Assembly: GCA_963664875.1 (NCBI GenBank)
Contig: OY761611.1
Location: forward strand, 3,488,001-3,552,000
DNA from: Candidatus Kapaibacterium sp.
GTDB lineage: Bacteria > Bacteroidota > Ignavibacteria > Kapaibacteriales > UBA2268
DNA: 64,000 nucleotides
Reading direction: 5' to 3'
Positions 9,901-20,500 of this stretch are shown here, one piece after another (within the stretch, counting starts at the first letter, position 1; every line of letters starts with the position of its first letter). A program made the translations under genes and the position numbers. The notes under the pieces were generated by a model that was not told the origin of the DNA, made no database searches, and worked only from the letters and a program-made list of their open reading frames with translations.

Positions 9901-11441
9901 ATCAATTAAAGATATTAGAAATAGACTTTTTGAAGGAACAAAAACCTGAAAAACAAAATCCAAATAATACAATAGAGTCACATTATATTGCAAATATTCA
10001 CTATACTGATGAATATGGAATAGAGCGTGAGATTCAAAAAAATGTTATAGAAGCAAATCAATTATTTGAAGCAATAAGACAATCTTCAAGCTATATCAAT
10101 ATCAGTAACTGTTTAGTAGTCAACTTTCTATCATATAAGTACAACGAGTCTATTGGGCATTCTTATGACGCAAATATTGTAATTAATAATTTTGAAGCTG
10201 ATAATGTGATATTCCAGAATGACGTTGATTTTTCGAATGTTGAATTTACTGGAATTTCAAGCTTTAAAAATACCATTTTTATGAGTAGCTGTCTTTGCTT
10301 TAATACCATATTTACTCAGGAAGCAAATTTTAGAGACTCCCTATTTTGTGAAGGCTTTAAGGGCAGCTTAGATTGTAGGAAGAATCTTAATTTGGAATCT
10401 ACAGAATTTCGTAGCTATATTAATCTGACAAAATCTGTAATTGATGATAACTTGTATGCAATAGACTCAAATTTTCAAGGAGAATGCTATTTTGAAAATA
10501 TGCAAATCAGCACAGCGAAATTCCTTGACTGTAGGTTTAAAAAGCAAGTAAGTTTTAGAATGACAAGCTTTAAAAATGCAACGTTTACTTTTAGTAAATT
10601 TTTTGATTGGGTGTCTTTTGTTGCTGCATCTTTTCAAAATAGTGCTGTTTTTCAAAGTTGTGAATTCAATAAATTAGCTGAGTTTAGTGGTGTGAAATTC
10701 AATTCTACAGTTAGCTTTGTTTTTTCAAAATTCTTGTTCACAGCTTCTTTTTATAAGGCGAAAATCAACGAAAAGATAATCTTTAATTTCGTTTTATTCG
10801 ATAGCATTACTTATCTACAGTTTTCCAATGTTAGTATTTGTAGCTTATATAAAGCAAAATTCTCTGACTGTGCAGATTTTACTGATTTAAAATTTGAATA
10901 TCTTGACTTGAGGGGATGTATTTTTGACAAAAGTGCTTTGTTTTCTAATACTATCATCAATAGAGCAAATAGAGAGACTTATAGAACTATCAAACATGAG
11001 ATGTTGAAAGTAAACAACAGAGTTGACGCTGTGAAATACTTTAAATTAGAAATTGCTGAAACAGGGGAAGAACAAGAAACATCAAATCTTGAAAAGGTTT
11101 TACTTTATTTATATGCTTATGTTAACGACTATGGTACTGATATTGGCAGAGCCATAAGAGTTTTTTGTTGTTTTACCTTAATTTTATTTCTCTTATTTAC
11201 TTTTTTTGGATATGAGAAATGTTATTTTCCAGAAGCACTTACAAATCTCGAAACAATTTACCAAGCTGTAAAAAAATCATTACATAATTATACTTTGCTT
11301 TTATTGCCTACTCATAAGCTTTCTGATTTATATGGACAAATCAGTGTTGTTGGTATAGTTTTAGATTACTTTTTTAGAATATATATCCCAATTATGTTTT
11401 TCTTCATCCTCCAACCACTCAAAAAATATAAGAGCTGGTAG
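9897..11441 (+). CDS. Pentapeptide-repeat protein with C-terminal transmembrane region
   Basis: Long run of (A/V)xFxx repeats (VDFSNVEFTG, ANFRDSLF, ATFTFSKF, AEFSGVKF), then NDYGTDIGRA and two hydrophobic helices. Confidence 0.8.
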   Translation: MNQLKILEIDFLKEQKPEKQNPNNTIESHYIANIHYTDEYGIEREIQKNVIEANQLFEAIRQSSSYINISNCLVVNFLSYKYNESIGHSYDANIVINNFEADNVIFQNDVDFSNVEFTGISSFKNTIFMSSCLCFNTIFTQEANFRDSLFCEGFKGSLDCRKNLNLESTEFRSYINLTKSVIDDNLYAIDSNFQGECYFENMQISTAKFLDCRFKKQVSFRMTSFKNATFTFSKFFDWVSFVAASFQNSAVFQSCEFNKLAEFSGVKFNSTVSFVFSKFLFTASFYKAKINEKIIFNFVLFDSITYLQFSNVSICSLYKAKFSDCADFTDLKFEYLDLRGCIFDKSALFSNTIINRANRETYRTIKHEMLKVNNRVDAVKYFKLEIAETGEEQETSNLEKVLLYLYAYVNDYGTDIGRAIRVFCCFTLILFLLFTFFGYEKCYFPEALTNLETIYQAVKKSLHNYTLLLLPTHKLSDLYGQISVVGIVLDYFFRIYIPIMFFFILQPLKKYKSW

Positions 11442-11468
11442 TATTTTATATAGACAAAAAAGTTTACA

Positions 11469-11568
11469 AATAGAGATAGCCAATGAAAAGGAAAGATTCA
11501 GAAGACGTAAATCAGCAGCTAAGACAGTATATACAGCACTTCGCATTCTGAAAGAAAACGGAAGTGAG
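11469..11568 (+). pseudogene. Gene remnant resembling an Mrr-type N-terminal winged helix
   Basis: Reads KSAAKTVYTALRILKENGSE; homologous inverted copy at 36971-37073. Confidence 0.4.
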
Positions 11569-11597
11569 GAGTCTTTATACAAATACTTTCAGAACAG

Positions 11598-11785
11598 AGT
11601 GGAAAAGTGGAAAAATAGAGGTCTTTTATAAAACTTTTTTATTTTTTACTTTCTTTTACAATCTCTGCTATATCTTATTTATTTATATATTAATATAATA
11701 TAGTATAATAAGTAGATAAGAAGAGAAGAAGTAAAGAAAATAGAAAAAGTTTTATAAAACAGGTCAATAATTCCACTTTTCCACT
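11598..11785. repeat. Long imperfect inverted repeat around an AT-rich core (candidate replication origin)
   Basis: AGTGGAAAAGTGGAA (11598-11612) pairs with TTCCACTTTTCCACT (11771-11785); TTTTATAAAACTTTTT pairs with AAAAAGTTTTATAAAA. Confidence 0.7.
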
Positions 11786-11860
11786 AAATCGAACGAAACC
11801 CAAACTCAAAATCCTCGTTTCTTCCATTAGATACAGATTTCATTTATAAGGAGAATTACC

Positions 11861-12076
11861 ATGTTAGATTTTGACAATATTAAGCCGGCTTGGAAAAAAG
11901 CAGTAGCAGACCCGGAAAACCATCCAAATTTTCACATGCGAATGATTGGTGCAGAAAGACCACTAGATACTGAAGTCATGGAAGAGCTTATCAAAGAAAA
12001 ACCGGCTTTAAAAGACGACAAAGTACTCTCAGAAGAAGAAAAAATGAAGCTAATGCAGGGTTATCTTAAACTATAG
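11861..12076 (+). CDS. Small conserved hypothetical protein (71 aa)
   Basis: AGGAG RBS; paralogs at 35943-36158 and 36638-36853 with mostly conservative changes. Confidence 0.8.
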   Translation: MLDFDNIKPAWKKAVADPENHPNFHMRMIGAERPLDTEVMEELIKEKPALKDDKVLSEEEKMKLMQGYLKL

Positions 12077-12354
12077 TCCAAATTTCCATTAAGTATCTTA
12101 GTTATTCTAATTGGAATCAATCGGTAAATATTGGATTTTTTTGGTACTTTTCAAACATTTTCGGGAGTATTAGGAATTTTTTGGTACTAATGTGTGTTTT
12201 TAGGGTACAAATTGGAATTTTTCGGCATTTTAATTATCGCATTAAAAAATGATCTAACAGACTGGATTTAGAGGGGGGATATGAAATTGATACGGTTTTG
12301 ATATGTTTCAAAATTGTATCAATTTAAAAAAAGTTAAGCTGAAATCTCATTATA

Positions 12355-12395
12355 AAAGTGCCGACTTTAACTATTTTTTTCTAAGTCGGCACTTT
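12355..12395. terminator. Hairpin terminator after the primase
   Basis: AAAGTGCCGACTT...AAGTCGGCACTTT. Confidence 0.7.
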
Positions 12396-12404
12396 CTATT
12401 CTCT

Positions 12405-14720
12405 TTAGGCAGATTCGGCTTTCACGTCTTCAGCTTTCAAAATATCAATTCCTATTAGAAAATTGCGTCCACCACTCCTCTTTTCTTTGAGAATATCAAA
12501 TTCTTCTTCAAGTCTCTGATAAAACTTTTGATTTGACAAAGCAGTATTTCCATTCGTACTCGCATATTCTCGATATTCCTGATACAGCTCCTTTGCAATA
12601 CATTTTTTATTTTTATCTATTTCACAACACTCGTTTAGAAAATCACGAAATAGATCGCTATTATAGCGATATGTATTAAGAGCATTTTCTACACAAAGTG
12701 GAGGATTTAATCCCTCTTCTTGGTACATTTTATATCCTTTCAGAGCAAGATTAAGAATGCCGGAATACTCAGATTTGAATAGTGTAAGTAATTCTGAGAA
12801 AGTGACTTCTTTATCTGAAGGTACACTATAATCAAATGGAATGACAATAATTCTTCGCCAAATCCCTTCATCTGTTCCTTCAATTATCGGAAGATAGTTT
12901 CCCGGAATCCAGTACAGAGCCTGTGGTCTAAAATTTATATCCCTACTATACAGACCTCTACCATTTACACTTTCTCCGCTTGTCATATCTTTCAAGGTAG
13001 ATTCATCAAGTTTCCTATTATACGGAATTTCTCCAAATGTAATCAATCTTTTGCCCTGGAGTCTCTCAATTTGAATATCCGAATGATTTGAAGCTTTATT
13101 CCCTTTAAAAATTGCTTCTGTGCTTAGTTTTTCTGAATAATTCCCAAATAAATCAAAGATTGTCTGAAAAAATACACTTTTTCCGTTTCTACCGTTCCCA
13201 ATACAAAATATAACTTTGTGAATATCCATATTGCCATCAAGACTAATTCCCAAGAGTTTGATTACATAGTTTATCAGTTCCTTTCTTTCAAGAAAGATTT
13301 CACTGAGAAACTTCTCAAATTCCGGAGCTTTAGCATCCGGATTATACTCCACATCCATCATTTTTGTGATTAGAAGTTCCGGTTGGAAGTTCTCTAATTT
13401 GTGGGTTTTAAGATTATAATATCCATTATTTAAAGAAATAATATTTGTTAGACCGTCATAGTCTTTATTGTATCTTACAACCGATGGTTTAGACTGTGTA
13501 GCTTTTATAGCACTTCTTAATTTGCTGTGATCTCCACTTCGTTGTTTATGCAGTAACAGCTTGTTTATAAGTTTTGCATTTGAAGCTACATCAATTTCTG
13601 AATCGATATTTTTTATAGTGTCTTTCATCATTTCTTCAATATAATTTGCCTGATCGAACTCCCATATCTTTCCATTCCAAATAAACCAGCATTCGGACTC
13701 GCAGTTATATGTGATAGAATCTGAATAACGTGCTAAAAGCCTGTTTGCATTCCCCGAGTCGTTTAACTCATATTTGAGTTCTTGAGTCTCAGTTTCTTTT
13801 ATTGCTTGATTATTGGACTTAAGTGCTATCTGTTTCGGGAATACGTAACCATAACTTTGAGCATAATAAACTAAAGTACCAATTGAGATATTTGAAAGTC
13901 TGTTTTGAAGCTTCTTTCTTGTTCCTACAATAGTATCAGGTGACCAAGCCTCAATCAAACTAAAAGCAGTTTCCAAATCAAAATGATTTCCAATTGCAGA
14001 AATAACTTTGAGCCAATCCATATAATTCATCTGTGCAGGAATATATCTGAGCATTGACTCCGCCATTTTAGAGGTTATGACCTGATTGTTGTTAATTCCA
14101 TTTTGATTTAAGCCGGATTCTTCAATTCTTATACTTTCTTCTATCTGAGCTTTTGATATTCTATTTGACATATTGTAAATGTGATATTTACAGTTCGTAC
14201 TTCCAAACCAGATTCTATCAATATTGCAACAACTAGAATCGCTATCAAAGCGTTTAATAAAGGATTGTACAATTTTCTTATACAATATTGAATCATATAT
14301 AGGTTCTTCAAACAAAAATACAATTCGAAATTTGTGGTGCTGTTCTGTATATGACGCTGTTTGATAAATAAATGCAGCATTTTGAGATAACCATTTGTCA
14401 TTAACACAAAGATCGTAACTTAAATAACCTTCCTGTTCAGTTTTAGTCCGTTTTTTTACATCTTGAGTAATTGTATTATCAATATCTAATGCAAAGCCGT
14501 TAGCCAACGCTATTGAGTTACTAAAAGGCTTTGTGTCAGGGTACATTTCATGGGTTACACCAAACGAAAAAGCATGACCATTGCTGATATGCTCAATCAA
14601 CTCTTTAATTGTTATTGATTCAACTCCCCATCCTCTTGCAGATGGGGATTGCTTATTTATAATATTTGAATTTAGGAGCAATTTATGTTTTTCTGAACCG
14701 GATTTGATTAGCTGTTCCAT
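12405..14720 (-). CDS. P4/D5-family primase-helicase (prim-pol-like N-terminus, PriCT-2-like domain, SF3 helicase)
   Basis: LDIDN..TASY..KFRIVF, YMDWLKVISAI, NDSGNANRL, Walker A GNGRNGKS and DEGIWRRIIVIPF. Confidence 0.9.
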   Translation of the reverse strand: MEQLIKSGSEKHKLLLNSNIINKQSPSARGWGVESITIKELIEHISNGHAFSFGVTHEMYPDTKPFSNSIALANGFALDIDNTITQDVKKRTKTEQEGYLSYDLCVNDKWLSQNAAFIYQTASYTEQHHKFRIVFLFEEPIYDSILYKKIVQSFIKRFDSDSSCCNIDRIWFGSTNCKYHIYNMSNRISKAQIEESIRIEESGLNQNGINNNQVITSKMAESMLRYIPAQMNYMDWLKVISAIGNHFDLETAFSLIEAWSPDTIVGTRKKLQNRLSNISIGTLVYYAQSYGYVFPKQIALKSNNQAIKETETQELKYELNDSGNANRLLARYSDSITYNCESECWFIWNGKIWEFDQANYIEEMMKDTIKNIDSEIDVASNAKLINKLLLHKQRSGDHSKLRSAIKATQSKPSVVRYNKDYDGLTNIISLNNGYYNLKTHKLENFQPELLITKMMDVEYNPDAKAPEFEKFLSEIFLERKELINYVIKLLGISLDGNMDIHKVIFCIGNGRNGKSVFFQTIFDLFGNYSEKLSTEAIFKGNKASNHSDIQIERLQGKRLITFGEIPYNRKLDESTLKDMTSGESVNGRGLYSRDINFRPQALYWIPGNYLPIIEGTDEGIWRRIIVIPFDYSVPSDKEVTFSELLTLFKSEYSGILNLALKGYKMYQEEGLNPPLCVENALNTYRYNSDLFRDFLNECCEIDKNKKCIAKELYQEYREYASTNGNTALSNQKFYQRLEEEFDILKEKRSGGRNFLIGIDILKAEDVKAESA

Positions 14721-15052
14721 TGTGTCTCTCCTGTCATTGATACACCTCTTTTAATCATCTTATGTTCTAACTTTTCCAAATCTTCTGTTTTAAAGAGTAC
14801 TTTTCTTCCGAATTTTCTATAGGGTAAAATTCCTTCGTCACGCCAGTTTTTAATTGTCTGCCTGCTAACTTTGAGCAATGCCATCACTTCTTCGGTGTTA
14901 TAATACGATTCTTGCTCTAGAATAGCATTACTTCTTTCTGTTTCATTTTGGATTACTTTATTTGCCCTCAATAGCAAATCTTCGTAATGACTTCTTGAGA
15001 CCATTATAAAGTCTCCGGGATTGGGCAACATCCCATTTGTGTTTTTAAACAT
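14708..15052 (-). CDS. HTH_17 excisionase/AlpA-like DNA-binding protein
   Basis: YNTEEVMALLKVSRQTIKNWRDEGILPYRKFGRKVLF; overlaps the primase start. Confidence 0.88.
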   Translation of the reverse strand: MFKNTNGMLPNPGDFIMVSRSHYEDLLLRANKVIQNETERSNAILEQESYYNTEEVMALLKVSRQTIKNWRDEGILPYRKFGRKVLFKTEDLEKLEHKMIKRGVSMTGETQWNS

Positions 15053-15464
15053 TTGTGTCTCATCTTTAGTTATACATCAGGTCGATGTAGTATTACTTTC
15101 AAAACAGTGCACTTTGTCTTTTCCAAGTTTAAAACTATAATCTTATTACGTGCTTAGATTTATCATTTGCCAAAACTTGTTCTTTTACTACATCATTGAG
15201 TACAAAACCATAAGCTTTATTTGTACGTACTGTTATTGCTTAAGCGTGCTTTATGATAATTGTATCTCTTTATTTGAGGGCAATATAAGGTGTGAAAAGA
15301 GTGATGTCAATATGAATGGTTACTGGAAACTAAATACAATGGGCAGGTGCATGTAGAGCGGTTTTGATGATGAATTTATTTAGTTTTCGGAAGTTTCCCT
15401 AATTTTATGGAAACTTCTTTTTGAGGGTTATAGGTCGAAATAGAATCAATATTATAGAAAAAAA

Positions 15465-15500
15465 AAGTGGTTTATCTAAAAAAATATAGATAAACCATTT
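15465..15500. terminator. Hairpin downstream of the 379-aa ORF
   Basis: TGGTTTATCTA-aaaaata-TAGATAAACCA with an A-run, which is a U-tail on the minus strand. Confidence 0.6.
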
Positions 15501-15527
15501 GAAAAAACTAATTGTTTAAGAATATCT

Positions 15528-16667
15528 CTATTTCTTATATTCCTTGGATATCTGTTTTTCAAAAGAATGCATAGCCTGTAGAAGACTGATATTTTTTGTC
15601 CGAAATCTGAATTCATTGGCAGATTTTGAATTTATATTCTCTTTTGGTTTTACAATAATTTCATAAGTTGTTTTCTCACTGTTGGCATACTTACTTTTGT
15701 AACTATGGTCAAATGTTGAACTATTTGCATTAAAATGTTCAAGAATTTGAGGCAGTTCTTGTCCAAAGCCTTTATAGTCTATTTTTAGGAAATCACCATC
15801 TTCTCCAATTTTTTTTAAACTACCTTCCTCTAATAGAACAGATAAGTTAAAAAGTGTATTACTTGCATTTTTTGTCATATCTATTGCATATTTTGCTTCT
15901 GGATTTAAAATATCAGGCATTTTTTCTGCACTATTGTCAATACAATATTTAGTTTCTTGAATTTTATCTTTGAGATAATCACTAAGTTTACTTGCAATTT
16001 TAAGTTTACCCTGAGTTATTTCCTTTATTGATTGACAGATAATAAGCAAATATTCTTCAGAGAAGTTGTAGTGTGTTTTTTTTGCAACTTTTGAGTCAAT
16101 AAACCTATGATACAAAGTTCTTAAATATGATAAAATACGTAGAGTGATTTTATCTAAAAAGTATTTATAATTAGATTCCAATTTTACTAAATATGAAATA
16201 TCAATATTGTGTCGTGTAAATTTCTCAAGTTGTTTTTCTATCTCAGATAAATAGAATTTATTGGGTATCTCAAAGATCTCAGGAATATCATCAGTAACGT
16301 TTTCTAATAAAAACATATCAAATCTCATTATCTCAGCTTGACACAACTTTTTTTCCCAACCCGGCAAGAAGCATTTTCTTTCAATAGTTTCAATAATATC
16401 ATTAAATATCATATCTTTTTCAAGTATTTGGTCACTCTGATATGAAAGCTGAAACATCTTTTTAACTTGCATTATATAATATCTTTGTAAGACTTTATAC
16501 TTGTACCTTCCGTCTGAAGGATTTAAATCTGAGTTAAATTCGTGGGATAAACAATGTGGGAACCTGCAGTTATGAAGGGATTTTTTTGGGGATACTACTG
16601 CTTTTTTTACTGATTGTAATTCCGTTAATTTATGTACCGTTTCAGGTACAATCCTATTGCTTGGCAT
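15528..16667 (-). CDS. Hypothetical protein
   Basis: 379-aa ORF with no recognisable motif. Confidence 0.65.
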   Translation of the reverse strand: MPSNRIVPETVHKLTELQSVKKAVVSPKKSLHNCRFPHCLSHEFNSDLNPSDGRYKYKVLQRYYIMQVKKMFQLSYQSDQILEKDMIFNDIIETIERKCFLPGWEKKLCQAEIMRFDMFLLENVTDDIPEIFEIPNKFYLSEIEKQLEKFTRHNIDISYLVKLESNYKYFLDKITLRILSYLRTLYHRFIDSKVAKKTHYNFSEEYLLIICQSIKEITQGKLKIASKLSDYLKDKIQETKYCIDNSAEKMPDILNPEAKYAIDMTKNASNTLFNLSVLLEEGSLKKIGEDGDFLKIDYKGFGQELPQILEHFNANSSTFDHSYKSKYANSEKTTYEIIVKPKENINSKSANEFRFRTKNISLLQAMHSFEKQISKEYKK

Positions 16668-16989
16668 CTTTTTTTCCTTACATTTTGTTTCAAATAAAAA
16701 CTAAATTATCTAATATCAACCTATTGCGTCTTTGTTCATTACAAATGTAATATTATTTAACTATTAAACCAAAACTTTACTATGTAAAAAGAAACTAGAA
16801 TGTTATATTTAACTTTAGCATGATTTATATGGAGATGCTATTAGCTGTTAATATGTGCAATATGATAATATACAAGGGGCATTTTACACAATACTTTCAA
16901 AATGTTTTTATTTTTATGCAATTTGATTTATATTGTTATCATTCGCAAAAGAAAGGTATTACATAATAATAATTTTAAAAATTGATGAA

Positions 16990-17571
16990 ATGACGAATTC
17001 AAATTTTAAAATACACGAAACTTGGAGATTACTTTCTCCGACCAAGTTACATGAGAAGTATTACAATGATTTTGATTATGATTTAGAGAGAATTGGTAAT
17101 ATATTATCTTTGAGACACATCCCTAAAGAAGTATTACTTCAGTGGAATTTTCTACACTTTGAAAATTACGAAATGCAAAGAAACTATGCCTGGATGGATT
17201 ATAGTAAAATGCAGTTTAGATTAGAAACTTGGAACTTGGAGCGCCTTTTAGATATTTATGTTATTTCTGATTTCCGGGATTATGTAGAAAGAAGGGCAGC
17301 CTCAAAAAGCTTTGACGAATTTTTTTGTATAGACGCTGATAAACATGAATGGGAATCTAAAGGAACATGGAGAACACCTCCAATAATTTTAGACTGCAAA
17401 TCAATTACAGCAAACATTCCTAAATATAGTGAAATTAGTAAAGGATTTCAACTTGTAGAAGGTCATTCACGTTTGGGTTATTTATATTCTCTTATGCGTT
17501 TTAGTAAACAAAATATAGTAACCCTAGCTAATAAACATAATGTTTTTGTAATGAGTTATCAAAATATATAG
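16990..17571 (+). CDS. Hypothetical protein with ParB/Srx-like motif
   Basis: PPIILD...FQLVEGHSRLGYL resembles the ParB-N (D/E)GHxR motif. Start uncertain (16933 or 16990). Confidence 0.5.
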   Translation: MTNSNFKIHETWRLLSPTKLHEKYYNDFDYDLERIGNILSLRHIPKEVLLQWNFLHFENYEMQRNYAWMDYSKMQFRLETWNLERLLDIYVISDFRDYVERRAASKSFDEFFCIDADKHEWESKGTWRTPPIILDCKSITANIPKYSEISKGFQLVEGHSRLGYLYSLMRFSKQNIVTLANKHNVFVMSYQNI

Positions 17572-17595
17572 TAAATAATACTATCGGAGATTATA

Positions 17596-20500
17596 ATGAG
17601 ATATATAGTAATTCTATTATTAATTGTATGGCATTCAATAGCCTTATCTCAATCTCTCCAGGTTTTCGATATTGACACAACCGACTTCCCAATTATGCGA
17701 GCGAAGTTTTTTGCGACAGATATTAATGGTCATCAGCTGACAGATTTGGATGAATCAGATTTTAGGATTACTGAAAATGGTGAAGAAAGAATAATTAATT
17801 CAATCAGTTGCCCTGAGTCTGTCAGAAATGATTCTCTTTCAATACTTTTTAGTTTCGATATATCAGGCTCAATGGGAGAGAATCCAATTGAAAAATCTAA
17901 AGAATTTTCTCAATTTTTGCTTGATAGAATTACAGTTCCTCCTGATGAAGTAGCATTGCAAACCTGTAATGACAAATCGAGCATATTACTTGATTTCTCG
18001 ACTGATAAAACTAAAATCTCAGAAGTTATTTCTTCTATTACTACAGGTGGTAGCAACGATTTTATTGAGCAATTAATGAATCAAAAAACCGGAGCTATTG
18101 TGATTGCTCAATCAGGTAAGTTTAAGAAACATATTATCTTACTGACTGATGGGTTTTGGAAGAAAATGTCCGAAGCTGAAGAGGCTGAATGCATCAAACT
18201 TATGCAAACAAGCGACATTATATTTCATTGTTTAGTTTTTGAAGAAGTTACAAAGAATAATGACAATGTTATCAATAATTTAGAGCATATTTCATATGCA
18301 ACCGGAGGTGTTTTTAGAAAAAATATCATTACAAGAAATTTAGGATTGCAATTAGCTGACTTTATGGCTCTGAATATACTAGATGATGAGCCATGTATCA
18401 TAGAATGGGTGTCTGAATACAGTTGTGGGGAACAAAAATCCACTCTTAATTTTCAAATACCTGGAAATAATGTTGAATTTAAGTCCAACTATAGCAAATA
18501 TAACGAACAGACACATTTGCTTTTATCACCTCCCATCTTAAATTTAGTAGATGAGCCATTAAATATCAAATGTGAAACTATAGTTAATATTACGGCTATT
18601 TATGACGATATAGTAATAGATACAATTCTCTGTAGCAATTCAAGTTTTGAAATCAGACCAACCTCGTTTTTTATTGAAAAAGGTAATTCTACAAATATAT
18701 TTTTATCATTTACACCAAAAGATAAAAACTATTTATATACTAGACTTCGTTTTGTAGGGTCGGACTTGTGTTGGCAAAATTATGAAGTAACAGCGTATTA
18801 TACAGGTGTAGAATCAGAGAATAAGACATTAGAGATTACCCATCCAAACGGAGAGGAGAAATTTCTGATTGGTTCTGATACACTGATAAATTGGCAAGGG
18901 ATATCATCAAATGACAGGGTAAAGATAGAGTTCTCATCTGACTCAGGCGATACATGGAAAAACTTAAGTCTAACTGCAAATAATTTGTCATATGAATGGA
19001 ATAATATTCCACATGAAACCTCAGACAATTGCTTGATTAAAGTATCTTCTATGTATGATTTACCTCAATGGCAAAAAAGATATGGTGGAAGTTATGTAGA
19101 TAATCTCCGTTCAGTTATACAGACCGATGATCATGGATATATAATGGCTGGAACTTCTCAATCTGTTGACGGCGATGTCTCAGGTAATTATGGTTCACAA
19201 GACTGGTGGATAGTTAAAACAGATTCTTTAGGAAATATAGAATGGGAGCAAAATTATGGTGGTACTGAGAGAGACTGGGTAAGTGAAATAGTTCAGACAA
19301 AAGATAGAGGCTACATTATTGCAGGAAGGACATATTCTTCCGATATAGATGTGAAACATAATTATGGAGCTTCCGATTGTTGGGTTGTAAAAATTGATTC
19401 TGTTGGCAAAATTGAATGGGAAAAATGCTTTGGTGGGAGTAAAGAAGACGAAGCAAGATCTGTTATAGAGACCAGTGATGGCGAATACATTGTTGTAGGT
19501 TATGCTACATCTGATGATGGGCTAGTACAAGGATCACATAATGCTGAACGAGGATTAGGAGATATTTGGATTTTAAAAATAGATAAGCTAGGAAATATTA
19601 AGTGGCAACAATGTTACGGAGGAACTGGTAGGGATTCGCCTGCATCAATTGAAGAAACTCATGACAAAGGGTTTGTTATCGCAGGCTACACCGGATCAAT
19701 GGACGGAGATATTGGTGCTCGCACAAGTTCGGAAGGAATCTTTGTATTCAAATTGGATATGGATGGGACTATTGTATGGAAAAAGATGCTGGGTATTCAT
19801 AATGCTTATACCAATTGCTATGATGTACATCAAACCAGCGATGGTGGTTATATTGTCCTTGGATATTTAGAGTCTTTTTGGCCGGATGCAGAAATAATTA
19901 CCAAAGAACGTGATTGTTGGATACATAAATTAGATAAAGATGGCAATATAGAATGGGTAAGACTATATGGAGGTGATAAAGATGACTTGGGAAGATCTAT
20001 TTGTGAAACAGAAGATAAAGGTTTTATAATTGTTGGATATAGTGAATCAAACCCCGAACACAAACCCTATTCAGTTAGTGATGATTTATGGGCATTCAAA
20101 TTAGATCAAAATGGATTCAAAGAATGGGAAAAATACTTTGAATTTGAAACTACTGAAGAAGGATGGGATGTACACCAAACTCATGACAAAGGGTATATTA
20201 TAGCCGGTAGTCCCATAAGAAAGCAGTCTAGCTATGACTATTGGCTTATCAAGCTATTTTCAGATGATACATATATACAATCAGACACCTCAGACGCTGT
20301 ATTTTCAATTGTTAAACCTGAAGTATCTAGTCAAGACATTTATATGGGAAAAGCAGTAATCAATAAAAGTAAAGATTCTGTAGTAGTAGATTTTATAGAA
20401 AATATAGGTCAATGGCAGTGCAGAATTGATACTATTTATTTTCAAGGAGCAGATTCAGAATTCTTCAGTTTAAATGGACCGCATCCAATCTATACCGTTG

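Noticed and set aside
19060-20260. Tandem repeats as a possible CRISPR array
   Set aside because: These are degenerate coding beta-propeller repeats. No identical repeats with spacers and no cas genes occur anywhere in the window.
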